In this document: positions 22,814 through 32,568 of the stretch, piece after piece
Position numbering within the stretch: the stretch's first letter is position 1
Layout: every line of letters starts with the position of its first letter
Source: an uncultured Planctomycetaceae bacterium
GTDB lineage: Bacteria > Planctomycetota > Planctomycetia > Isosphaerales > Isosphaeraceae
Assembly: GCA_963833985.1 (NCBI GenBank)
Contig: CAWIAD010000002.1
Span: 2,208,001-2,272,000 of the forward strand
Direction of reading: 5' to 3'
Length of the DNA stretch: 64,000 nucleotides
Program-made: the position numbers and the translations under genes
The notes under the pieces: model-generated
Seen by the model: the letters and a program-made list of their open reading frames with translations, nothing else
What the model was told of the DNA's origin: nothing
Database searches by the model: none

Positions 22814-25800
22814 ATGGCGAATCGCTTCGATGCGTTCCTATCGCATGCCTCTTCCGATAAGCCCCTCATCGAGGAACTGGCCAGGCGCTGGAGCGCGAGA
22901 ATCTGAAACCATGGCTTGACAAGTGGAATCTGATTCCCGGCATGCCCTGGATGCCCGAGCTCGAGGCTGCCCTGAATTCCTGCGCCTCCGGCGTTGTGTT
23001 CATCGGGGCCGGGGGCTTCGGCCCCTGGCAGAACGAGGAGATGCGGACGGCCATCACCCGCCGCGTCGACGAGAGCCGGGCCGGGGCTCCCGGCGATGGC
23101 CGGCCGTTCCGCGTGATTCCGGTGCTCCTGCCTGGGGCCGGCCGGCCGGAGCGTAGCCAGCTGCCTGCATTCCTGGTCGCGACGACCTGGGTGGAGTTCC
23201 GCGACTCGCTCGACGACCCCGAGGCATTCCACCGGCTGGTTTGCGGGATCCGAGGCATCGAGCCGGCCGCCGGCCCCGGCGGGGCTGTGTTCGAGGGCCG
23301 GTGCCCTTATCGCGGCCTCGAGTTATTCGATGTGGAACACGCACCGCTCTTCTTCGGCCGAGAAGCGCTCACGGAGTGGTTGCTCGACAACCTCAAGCGC
23401 CAGCCGTCCGGCAGGGAGAGTCGGTTCCTGGCGATTGTTGGTGCCTCGGGAAGTGGCAAGTCGTCGGTGGTGCGCGCGGGATTGCTCGCTGCCCTCAAGA
23501 ACGGCAAGCTCGAAGGCAGTGAGGCGTGGCCGCGGGCGGTTTGCCGGCCAGGGGCGGAGCCGTTCTTCAACCTGGCGAAAGCACTCACCGGCTTGGCGCA
23601 GGAATCCGTGAGCGCCGTGGTCTTCGATCGGTTGCAGGGCCGCAAGGACGGTGAGCGGTCTCTGCACGTTGCCGCTGGCCTGGTCCTGGGCGAGCCTCCT
23701 CGCGGTGAGCGGCTGGTTTTGCTGGTAGATCAGTTCGAGGAGATCTTCACGCTTTGCAACGATGAAGCGGAACGCCGCGACTTCATCGCCAACCTCTTGC
23801 ATGCGGCGACGGTGGCCGGCGGTCGCGCCATCGTCGTCGTGACGATGCGGGCCGACTTCTACCATCGCTGTGCCGTTCACAACGATCTGGCCGCCGCTCT
23901 GTCGGATCATCAGGTACTGATCGGACCGATGACCGACGACGAGCTGCGGCGGGCCATCGAGCGGCCTGCGCGGCTGGCCGGCCTGGAACCGGAGGCGGGA
24001 CTCGTCGAACTGCTGCTGGATGACATCCGGGGCCGTGTCGGGGCCTTGCCGCTGCTGCAGTTCGCGCTTCAAGAGGTGTGGCGTCGTCGTGAAGATTATC
24101 GTCTGACCGTCCATACTTATCGTGAGATTGGTCAGCTCGAAGGAGCGCTTCAGCGCAAGGCAGACGCGGTTTACGGCAGGTTCACGCCTGAGCAGCAAGA
24201 ACTTTGCCGTCGTGTCTTCTTGAGGTTGGTTCATCCGGGCGAGGGGAGCGAGGACACGCGCCGGCGGGCCACGCTGCGCGAACTCTTGCCGAGCGACCCC
24301 GCGCAGGCCGCGGCGGTGCAGTCGATCATCGACCGGCTGGCCGATCCGGAATCGCGGCTCTTGACGACCGAGCGGCAAAAGACGGCCGCGGGCGAGGCAA
24401 CGGCCGAGGTCGCCCACGAAGCCTTGATTCGCGGCTGGCCGTTGCTGCGGAAGTGGATCGAGGCCGACCGCGACGGGTTGAAGCTCCAGCGGCGGCTGAC
24501 CGAGGCCGCGACGGGTTGGTTGTTGCACGATCGGGAGAGCAGCTTCCTGTACACCGGCATCCCGCTGGCACAGGCGCGAGAGTGGTTGAAGACGAACCCC
24601 GATGCGCTCAACACGGTGGAGACGCAGTTCCTCAATGCGAGCATGAGGCGGCGGCGCAGGGCCAAGGTCGCGCGACTCGGGGCCATCGCCGCGATCGTCG
24701 GCCTCGCTTTCCTGGGCTGGGAGGGGCTGCGCCTGCAACAACAGGCCCAGTTCGCCTCTTTATCGAAGCTGACCAACGACGACGTGCAAGAAGCCCGAAA
24801 ACTCTCACTCCAGTCCAAGTGGGGCGAGGCGATCACTGTGCTGGAGGGGGCCGAGAAACGGCTCGGGATTGGCGGCAGGTACGAGGAACTGCGTTCCCAG
24901 GTGGAACGTCCTCTGAGTACGTACAAGGCGAAGCAACAGGAGCATGACTCGGAGGTGCGCGACAAGACAATGATCGCGGCCCTCGAAGAGGCGCACACGT
25001 TGCTTGCTGAGAATACAAGATCAGGCGGTTTGCCGTCAGAACCCGATCTCAAGGTCTTGATTCCCGGCTATCGACAGGCACTTCGCGATGGAGGGATCGA
25101 CATTGACAACCTTCCTGACGAACGGGTCATCGAGTTGATCGGGGCCAAGCCGCCGCGGGCCCGTGAGATCGTGGCCGCGGCGCTCGACGATTGGGCCAGG
25201 GCCCTCGATGGAGCAGAGCAAGAGCGCTTTCGCCGGATTGCCCGAACCTCGGACCCCGATCCGTACCGCAGCGCCATCCGCGACGCTTGCCTGAGCCACA
25301 ATCTTGCCGCCCTGAAGAAGCTGGCAAACGATCCCGAGTTAACCAAGCAGCCCGCGTTCACGCTCAATCGGTTGTGTGAATCGCTGTTTGAAGAAGGCGG
25401 CGACAAGGAGTCGATACCGTTACTGCGCCGGGCCCAGGTCCTTCACCCCCGCGACTTCTGGATCACGGCAAGCCTCGCCGCGCGCCTATGCTGGGTCTCT
25501 CCCCCCCAGCCAAACGACGCCATTCGCTTTGCAACGGCCGCCGTCGCGCTCCGACCTGAGATTCCCAGCGTTCATCGCCGCCTGGCGGTCGCTCTCATCA
25601 GGTGTGGCCGCATCAACGACGCGCGCATTGCGCTCCAGGAAGCCTTTCGGCTGAATCCCAAAGACCCCTTTGCCTACAGCACGCAGGGTTGGATCTGGGC
25701 GGCGGAAAAGAATTTCGAGAAGGCCCTCGCCAACTATGACAAGGCCATAGCCCTCAACCCGAGCTACGGACTCTACAAGAGCCGCGGCGATACGTGGATT

Positions 25801-27036
25801 GACGCGGGTGATTACGGTAGGGGGCTCGCGGACTTCGACACAGCGCTCCGCATCAATCCCCAGGATGGAGGTTCGCATATGGGGCGCGGTCGGGCTCTAG
25901 GGTTCGCAAAACGATTTCCTGAGGCAATCAAGGCGTATGACGAGGCGATCAAGCTCAGCCCCCGAGACCCGTTTGCCTACCACAACCGCGGTCTGGCGCA
26001 CCTGAACCTGGGGGAAGAGCACAACGATAGGGCCGTTGCCGATTTCACCAAGGCACTGGAACTGTTTCCGCAATTTGGCGATCCCTACGCGCATCGTGCG
26101 GAAATATGGCTACGACACCGAGACGAAAAGAGCGCGCTAGACGACTTCGACCGTGCCATCAAGTATGGGGTCAGCTACGAGTTTGCTTACAACCGACGCG
26201 GGTCGATTCGGCACCGGAACGGCTACCTCCAGGGTGCGATCGCGGATTACACCAAGGCAATCGAGATCAACCCACGATCTGCATCCGCGTACCATGATCG
26301 TGGTCGGGCCTGGACGGAAATCGGCGATTTTGACAAGGCCATGAAAGACTACGACAAGGCCATCGAACTGAGTGGAACGTTCGCCACTGCATGGGGCAAT
26401 CGAGGTCGAGTGAAGAGATTGAAGGGAGATTACGCCGGCGCTCTCGCTGACTTCAACGAGGCGATCCGGCTCAATCCTCGCTACGCCTGGGCTTTCGCGG
26501 GTCGCGCGGCGGTATGGATCAAGAAAAAGGAATTTGACAAGGCCATCAACGATTACGACCAGGCAATCCGGCTCGACCCGAGTCGAGAGCTCGCCTGGGC
26601 TCACAGCGAACGAGGGTACGCGCGAAATTCCCTGCGTCAGTACGACAAGGCGTTCGCCGATTATGACGAAGCGATTCGACTCAACGATAAACTGGCCGAT
26701 CCCTACAACCGACGCGCCTGGATCCGGGCCACTTGCCCGGACTCGAAATGCCGTGATGGCAAGAAGGCCGTCGAGTCAGCCACCCGCGCCTGTGAGCTGA
26801 CGGCGTGGAAGAACGCCGAGTTCCTCACCACGCTCGCCGCGGCCTGCGCAGAGGCCGGAGACTTCGCCGGCGCGATGAAGTGGGAAGAGAAGGCCATCGG
26901 GCTGCCCGCGAAAGGCGAGCCCCGGCGCACGACCTTCGATTCCCGCATGGCGCTCTTCGAGGCCAAGAAACCATATCGCGAAGAGCCGGACGTCGGTAAT
27001 TCCCGAGGAAACGCAATCCAGGCTGCGCGGCCGTGA
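22814..27036 (+). CDS. TIR domain + nSTAND1-type NTPase + TM helix + multi-TPR protein (1-bp frameshift ~22887)
   Basis: MANRFDAFLSHASSDK..WLDKWNLIPG..GPWQNEE (TIR); CPYRGL..FFGRE, GASGSGKSS, LLVDQFEEIF, ALPLLQFAL, EVAHEAL (STAND); LGAIAAIVGLAFLGW (TM); about ten TPRs. Confidence 0.88.
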
Positions 27037-27145
27037 TTGCCCACGACGACGGGTCGTCCGGAATCCCCTCGACGCGATGTCAACCCAAAATCAAGAAGTG
27101 CGTCTTTCTGGGCCCGAAGCGCACACCTGAACCGGCGCTCACTAC

Positions 27146-27182
27146 CGAGCGTCGGTTTTTGTCCGTTTACTATCCCTAGCCC
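27146..27182 (-). repeat. Right terminal inverted repeat (37 bp)
   Basis: Reverse complement GGGCTAGGGATAGTAAACGGACAAAAACCGACGCTCG; followed on the + strand by TGATC. Confidence 0.85.
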
Positions 27183-27223
27183 TGATCGGCCGGCTGTGCC
27201 GAGGCGCATTGCCTCGTGATCGA

Positions 27224-28537
27224 TCATCCGCGAATCGTCCTCACCCACCGGGCAATGTCCTCGATGACACGCGGGTCGACGGGGGCGGGTTTGAGGTACT
27301 CAGCGGGAACGGCTTTCCCTTTGCCGGTCTGGAAGAAGTGATTCAGGTCGGGGTAGAGGTGAAAGGCCGTGTTGGGACGGCCGCGCAGGGCGGAGCAGAA
27401 GCCTTCATAATCGGCCTGGGTGGACTGATAGTCGCGCCCGCCCTGAAGCACCAGCACGGGCAGGGCCGGCACGCTCTTGAAGGTGCGCACCGGGTCGATC
27501 GCCAGCCAGGATTTCCAGTACGCCACGGGCGCTCCCATGATGATCTCGTCGTCGCGCGCCGTGCCGGCCTTCAGCCCTGAAAACATGCTCTCCAGTTGCT
27601 TCCGCAGTGCGCCGATCGCTTCGGCCTGGTCGTGGTCGGTGCTGGCGACGTGATCGAGCTGCTCGAAGAGGCCTTCCTTGAGGGGACGACTGCCGGCCGC
27701 GAGCAGGATGATGCCGGCGACCTTGCCGTCACGCTGAGCGATCAAAGGCGCCAGGCTGCCGCCTCCACTGTGGCCGAGGACGAAAACCCGGTCGGGGTTG
27801 ATTCCTGAAAGCCCTCGCGCCCGCGCGAGCGTCGCCAGGACATCGTCGATGACCTCCTGCTGGATGGTGATCGTCTTGTCGAGCCCGGCCTTGAAGAGCC
27901 TGTCCTTGTGGGCGAAGGTGCGCTTGTCGTAGCGCAGCACCGCGATCCCCCGGCTGGCCAGGCCGTGCGCCAGGTCGCGAAAGGGCTTGTTCGGGCCGAG
28001 GGTCTCGTCGCGGTCATTGGGGCCCGAGCCGTGCACCAGGATCACCAGCGGAGCCGGCGACACGGCCTTCGGGCGCGTCAGCGTCCCGGGCAAGGGCCAG
28101 TCGGGGGCGCCGACGGTGATCGGCTCTTCGGTGAACTTGCTGCGGTCGACGTAGGCGGGATCCGGCGTGGCGACCGTCTTTTCCGCGGGCACCAGGAAGA
28201 AGCCCTCGATCTGGCCCTGCGAGTTGAAGCTCACCAGTGCGTCGAGCGGCATGGTCTTGAACGCGCAGCGAATCTTCACGCGGGTCGAGTTGCCGACCCT
28301 GTCCGTGCGGGGCGGTCCCATCGCCTCGATCGGACCGAGCTGCTGTCCGAGCTTCTTCCAGAGGTCCTCGAGCTTCTCCGGCCCCAGCGCCTCCTTCATC
28401 CTGGTGTCGAAGTTCACGGTGGCCTCCGCGAACTTGCCGGCCTGGCACAGATTCAGGAATTGACGCGCTTGCTCTTGATGATCCGGGGGAGCGAGCAACG
28501 AAAAGAACAGCGGCACGAGCCGGGCGACGTGAATCAT
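27224..28537 (-). CDS. Alpha/beta hydrolase with N-terminal DUF3887-like domain
   Basis: LVHGSGPNDRDE, LRYDKR, nucleophile GHSGGG, QGGRDYQ, LNHFF; AAGGAG RBS. Confidence 0.85.
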   Translation of the reverse strand: MIHVARLVPLFFSLLAPPDHQEQARQFLNLCQAGKFAEATVNFDTRMKEALGPEKLEDLWKKLGQQLGPIEAMGPPRTDRVGNSTRVKIRCAFKTMPLDALVSFNSQGQIEGFFLVPAEKTVATPDPAYVDRSKFTEEPITVGAPDWPLPGTLTRPKAVSPAPLVILVHGSGPNDRDETLGPNKPFRDLAHGLASRGIAVLRYDKRTFAHKDRLFKAGLDKTITIQQEVIDDVLATLARARGLSGINPDRVFVLGHSGGGSLAPLIAQRDGKVAGIILLAAGSRPLKEGLFEQLDHVASTDHDQAEAIGALRKQLESMFSGLKAGTARDDEIIMGAPVAYWKSWLAIDPVRTFKSVPALPVLVLQGGRDYQSTQADYEGFCSALRGRPNTAFHLYPDLNHFFQTGKGKAVPAEYLKPAPVDPRVIEDIARWVRTIRG

Positions 28538-28685
28538 CGTCGATCTCCTTCGAGCGTCGGTCTCCAGGCCATCTGAGAAAACGCGGCAAGGGAACAGACT
28601 GGCCCGCGGCAACCGCGCCGCCTAGGATCATAAGGGTTCCAGGTGACCAGGTCGATGCCCCGCGGCCGATGGAAAGTACCTGCGC

Positions 28686-29342
28686 ATGCCGAATGAAGCG
28701 ATGCGACGGTTCTCGATTGCCCGCGCGATGCTGTTCATCGCACTGGTGGGTGGAAACTGTGCTCTGCTGCGCGAGTTTCCCTGGTGGAGCCTCGGCAATC
28801 CGACGATCTTGTGCTTGCTGGGGGTCGTGGACTTCGTGATTGTCTGGAAGGTCACTCTGAGCCGACCGTTCCAGGCTGCACAGTACACTTTTCTGACGGT
28901 GTTTGTGGTCGCGTATCTGGTCCTGGTCAACCTGGCAACCCGGGAGCTCATCCATCCCACGGGACCGCTCATCCCGTGGTATCAGCGGACAGGCGGGATG
29001 TGGGGGACGAACCTTTCGCTCCGATTCGCGTGGCTGGCCGACATCTGGGCGACGGTGCTCATCGCTTTTCTGCTGGCAGGGACCGTGGCGTGGCTCGCCG
29101 CCTGGCTGGAGCGGAAAAGAGGGTGGGACATCGCGGCCTTTTTCCGAGGCGCGTTGGTCGGCTTTGGGACTGCGAACGTCGTCGCATTGCTCAGCTTCCC
29201 CTTCCTGGGAGAAGCCGCACCCGGCAGTCTCGCTCGGTACCTCAACCTGGGATCACTGACCGTTTGCGTGGTTGCCGGGGGTTTCCTGGGATTGCGGTGG
29301 CTGAAGTCGAAGCCGGCTCGATCACCTGGGTCCGGAGACTGA
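28686..29342 (+). CDS. Hypothetical integral membrane protein
   Basis: Five to six hydrophobic segments; N-terminal RRFSIARAMLFIA motif of a kind common in planctomycete membrane proteins. Confidence 0.6.
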   Translation: MPNEAMRRFSIARAMLFIALVGGNCALLREFPWWSLGNPTILCLLGVVDFVIVWKVTLSRPFQAAQYTFLTVFVVAYLVLVNLATRELIHPTGPLIPWYQRTGGMWGTNLSLRFAWLADIWATVLIAFLLAGTVAWLAAWLERKRGWDIAAFFRGALVGFGTANVVALLSFPFLGEAAPGSLARYLNLGSLTVCVVAGGFLGLRWLKSKPARSPGSGD

Positions 29343-31001
29343 GAGCTTCTCAACGGTCGCCGGTGCGCTCAGGGCAGAAAGATCAAGCGTTTTGACAGTC
29401 TTCGTTGTGATGTCGACGACGCGGATCTTGTGGTTGTTGGTGTCGGCCACGTAGAGGCGCTCACCGGCCACGCTCAGGCCGCCCGGCTGATACAACCGCG
29501 CAGGGTCGTCGCTGCTGCCCGACTTGCCGTCGCCGACGAATGTCCGCACGGCGGAGGTGTCCAGGTCGCACACCTTGACCTTGTTGTTGTAGGTGTCGGC
29601 GATGAACAGCTTGCCAGGTGCGTACGCCAGGCCCAGGCAGTGCTGGAGCCGGACCTCCGCGCCCACGCCGTCGACGTCGCCGAACTTGAAGAGGCCCTGA
29701 CCCACGATCCGGCCGACCGTCGGCTGTTCGGTATGGATTCCCGAGATCACGCGCACGCCGGAGGCCTCGGAATCGGCCACGAACAGGTGCTTGCCATCCG
29801 TCGCCAGGCCGCTGGGCTGGGCGAACTTGGAGAATTCCAGGTTACCGTCCTCGATGTCCTCGTAGCCCGATCCCGCCCACGTCGCGATCTTGCCCGTCTT
29901 CAGGTTGAGCTTCCAGATCTGGTGCGGACCGGCCATGGCGATGTGGAGCGCGTGGTCGCCGGGAAGCTGGATGATGTCCCAGGGACTACTCAATCCGCTG
30001 GTCGCGGCATTGCCGACGTAACGTTCGAGCGGGCTGCGCGGAGACTGCGCCCCGTTCCCGGAGATCGTGCGCATGCGCCTGTTCTTCATGTCCACGGCCC
30101 GGATCGCGTGGTTCTCCGTGTCGGCCACGTAGAGCGTTTCGCCCACCAGGCAGAGGCCCTGCTGCCGGTTGAACTGGGCTTTCTGGAAGTCTCCGTCCAC
30201 CAGCCCTGCGCCGCCGGAGCCGATGACGGTGGGGGATTTTCCCTCCAGGTCCGTGACGACGACGCGGTTGTGTCCTGTGTCGGAGATGAACAGCCGCTTG
30301 CCGGCCGGGTCGGCCAGCACCTTGCCCGGGAAGAGCAACGGCTCCTGCACGATACGGTCGGCCTCGGCGGGGAACTCGATGGGCTTCAGGTTCATCTGCC
30401 CCTTGTACCTGGCCGCCACCTGGCCGATGACCCGATCAAGGTCCTGGAAAGGCACCTCGCCCCCGCGCGATCCGCCGTACCTGCCGTCCGGCGTGATGAG
30501 CACCAGCGTGGGCCAGCTCGTCACGCCGAAGCGCTCCCAGATCACCATGTTGGCGTCGTTGGCCACCGGGTGGCGGATACGGTACTCGGCCACCTTGCGG
30601 CGGATGTTCTCGGTGTTCCGCTCGGCGTCGAACTTGCCGGAGTGCACGCCGATGATTACCAGCTCGTTCTTGTACTTGGCCTCGAGCTTCGCCAGGGTGG
30701 GCAGCACGTGATGGCAGTTGATGCAGCAGTAGGTCCAGAAGTCGAGCAGCACGATCTTGCCCCTGAGCTGGGCCAGCGTGATCGGACCGGAATTGATCCA
30801 GCCGACCGCACCGTCCAGGCTGGGCTGCTCCACCTGGCGCAAAGACGCCAGGCGAAACAGGGGTGGAGGCGACGTCTGGAGAGGAAGGCTGCGTGGCGTG
30901 GGGGAGTCAATCAGGACGCGCGCAAGAATCACCACGGCGAAAAAGAGCAACACGGCACATGCCGTGAGCAATCGGGAACGGTTCAAGAAAGAGCGAATCA
31001 T
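29322..31001 (-). CDS. Thioredoxin-like + NHL repeat protein (NHLRC2/SOQ1-like)
   Basis: LLDFWTYCCINC redoxin motif; repeated LF/YVADT.NH NHL repeats; N-terminal TM anchor. Confidence 0.9.
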   Translation of the reverse strand: MIRSFLNRSRLLTACAVLLFFAVVILARVLIDSPTPRSLPLQTSPPPLFRLASLRQVEQPSLDGAVGWINSGPITLAQLRGKIVLLDFWTYCCINCHHVLPTLAKLEAKYKNELVIIGVHSGKFDAERNTENIRRKVAEYRIRHPVANDANMVIWERFGVTSWPTLVLITPDGRYGGSRGGEVPFQDLDRVIGQVAARYKGQMNLKPIEFPAEADRIVQEPLLFPGKVLADPAGKRLFISDTGHNRVVVTDLEGKSPTVIGSGGAGLVDGDFQKAQFNRQQGLCLVGETLYVADTENHAIRAVDMKNRRMRTISGNGAQSPRSPLERYVGNAATSGLSSPWDIIQLPGDHALHIAMAGPHQIWKLNLKTGKIATWAGSGYEDIEDGNLEFSKFAQPSGLATDGKHLFVADSEASGVRVISGIHTEQPTVGRIVGQGLFKFGDVDGVGAEVRLQHCLGLAYAPGKLFIADTYNNKVKVCDLDTSAVRTFVGDGKSGSSDDPARLYQPGGLSVAGERLYVADTNNHKIRVVDITTKTVKTLDLSALSAPATVEKLSVSGPR

Positions 31002-31303
31002 GCCAGGGACCTCACGGGTTGCCTGTGGTCTTGAATGCAACGCAAGCTCGTCCTGCTCCAGCATTCTAGTCGAGGCGGCAAAAAAGAGCAGGGGGGTGAC
31101 GGAGGAGCCGGCAGACGGGTCCAGGGGACGCGGGCCGTCCAACAGCCGCGCTGGCAGTCAATTCCCGAGCTTGTTAAGATATGAAGAGGATCGTTCAGGA
31201 CGAGGGACCGCGTCCACGGCCGGGCGCCAGGTGATTCGAGAGCCGCTCCTCCGCGTTTCTTCCGCGACACCCGAACCCGAGCAGCAGGACAACCGCCGTG
31301 GCC

Positions 31304-32308
31304 ATGGACAAGTCGCTGATTTGCTATGACGAGTCTTCCAAGCGGACTGACCCGTATGGCGAGCTGAAGATCTTCGCCGGCAGTGCAAGTGGCTCGCTGG
31401 GGCAGGCGATCTGCAATCACCTGGGAGTCGAGCTGGCTCAGTCCGAGACGCACGTCTTCAGCGAAGGCAACGTCTTCGTCCGCGTGCTTGAAAATGTCCG
31501 AGGGCGCGACGTCTTCGTGATCCAGGGGACCGACTACCCGGTCAACGACAACTTCATCGAGCTGCTGTTCTGGATCGACGCCTTCCGCCGCGCCAGCGCC
31601 ACGCAGGTGACGGCGGTGATTCCCTTTTTCTCGTACGCCAAGGGAGACAAGAAGGACGAGCCGCGGGTGTCGATCCGCGCCCGTGTGTGTGCCGACTGCA
31701 TCGAGGCCGCGGGGGCGGACCGGGTCCTCACCATGGACCTGCACAGCCCGCAGATCCAGGGCTTCTTCAAGATCCCTGTCGACCACCTCTACGCCATGCC
31801 CGTGCTCGTGGATTATTTCCGCGACAAGGAAATCCCCGACCTGGTGGTCGCCTCTCCGGACGTCGGCTTCGGCAAGCAGGCGTACAAGTTCGCCGAGATG
31901 ATCCACGCGCCGGGGCCGCCCCGCGTCGTCTTTGGCAACAAGGTCCGCCACCGGCATGATGAGCAGGCCGAGATGCTCGACATCGTCGGTGACGTGCGCG
32001 GCAAGAACGTGCTCATCGTCGACGACTTCACCATCTCCGGCGGCACCCTGATCGAGATGGCCATCGCCTGCAAGGAGCGCGGCTGCAAGGACGTCTATGC
32101 GTGCGTCTCGCACGGCGTCTTCTCGCGCGGGTCGGCCGCCAAGATCGCCCACAGCCCCATCAAGGAGCTGGTCTTCACCGACACCATCGAGTACCGATTC
32201 GAAGCGCTGCCCCCCTGCTGCAAGGTGATCAGCGTCGCCAGCCTCTTTGCCGACGCCATCATGTCCATCCACCGCCGTGAGAGTGTGAGCCGGCTCTTCA
32301 ATTATTGA
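31304..32308 (+). CDS. prs: Ribose-phosphate pyrophosphokinase
   Basis: FSEGNVFVR..ENVRGRDV, MDLHSPQIQGFF, ASPDVG, LIVDDFTISGGT. Confidence 0.93.
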   Translation: MDKSLICYDESSKRTDPYGELKIFAGSASGSLGQAICNHLGVELAQSETHVFSEGNVFVRVLENVRGRDVFVIQGTDYPVNDNFIELLFWIDAFRRASATQVTAVIPFFSYAKGDKKDEPRVSIRARVCADCIEAAGADRVLTMDLHSPQIQGFFKIPVDHLYAMPVLVDYFRDKEIPDLVVASPDVGFGKQAYKFAEMIHAPGPPRVVFGNKVRHRHDEQAEMLDIVGDVRGKNVLIVDDFTISGGTLIEMAIACKERGCKDVYACVSHGVFSRGSAAKIAHSPIKELVFTDTIEYRFEALPPCCKVISVASLFADAIMSIHRRESVSRLFNY

Positions 32309-32370
32309 GCGAGCCGTCCCGGCGCGCGACGCGGGGGCCGCTGGACGAAGGTGCTTCGATTTGATGGGGT

Positions 32371-32568
32371 CTCGCGGCGGTTCGCTCGGCACTCGATGCG
32401 CTGGGTATCGAGCTGATGAGCCGGCATCTTCGGTCCTGCGTCCTCGGACATGGGGGTGGGGGCGAGCATGAGAAGGCGAAGCCGTTGACCAGGGAACAGC
32501 TCGTCACCGAAGTGCAGGCGGTGCTCGCACGGTTCCTCAAGTCACGGCGGATCAAAAGGGCGGGCAAG
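32371..32568 (+). pseudogene. C-terminal half of a CsoR/RcnR-family repressor, in frame with copA
   Basis: [24 protein letters not shown] (H-x3-C) ...[11 protein letters not shown]; in-frame TGA at 32362 upstream; no stop before copA. Confidence 0.6.

Larger units (their letters stand above)
21490..27182. mobile_element. Non-autonomous Tn3-family transposon (~5.7 kb) with tyrosine recombinase and TIR-STAND-TPR cargo
   Basis: Terminal IRs at 21490-21527 and 27146-27182 (30/38 identical by hand alignment), flanking TGATC duplication (21485-21489 and 27183-27187), Tn3 transposase remnant inside. Confidence 0.85.

Noticed and set aside
25600..26720. Repeated ~100-bp-period sequence similarity (GACAAGGCCATC-like) as a possible CRISPR or DNA repeat array
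   Set aside because: The periodicity is explained by 34-aa TPR coding repeats; there are no identical repeats with unique spacers and no cas genes.
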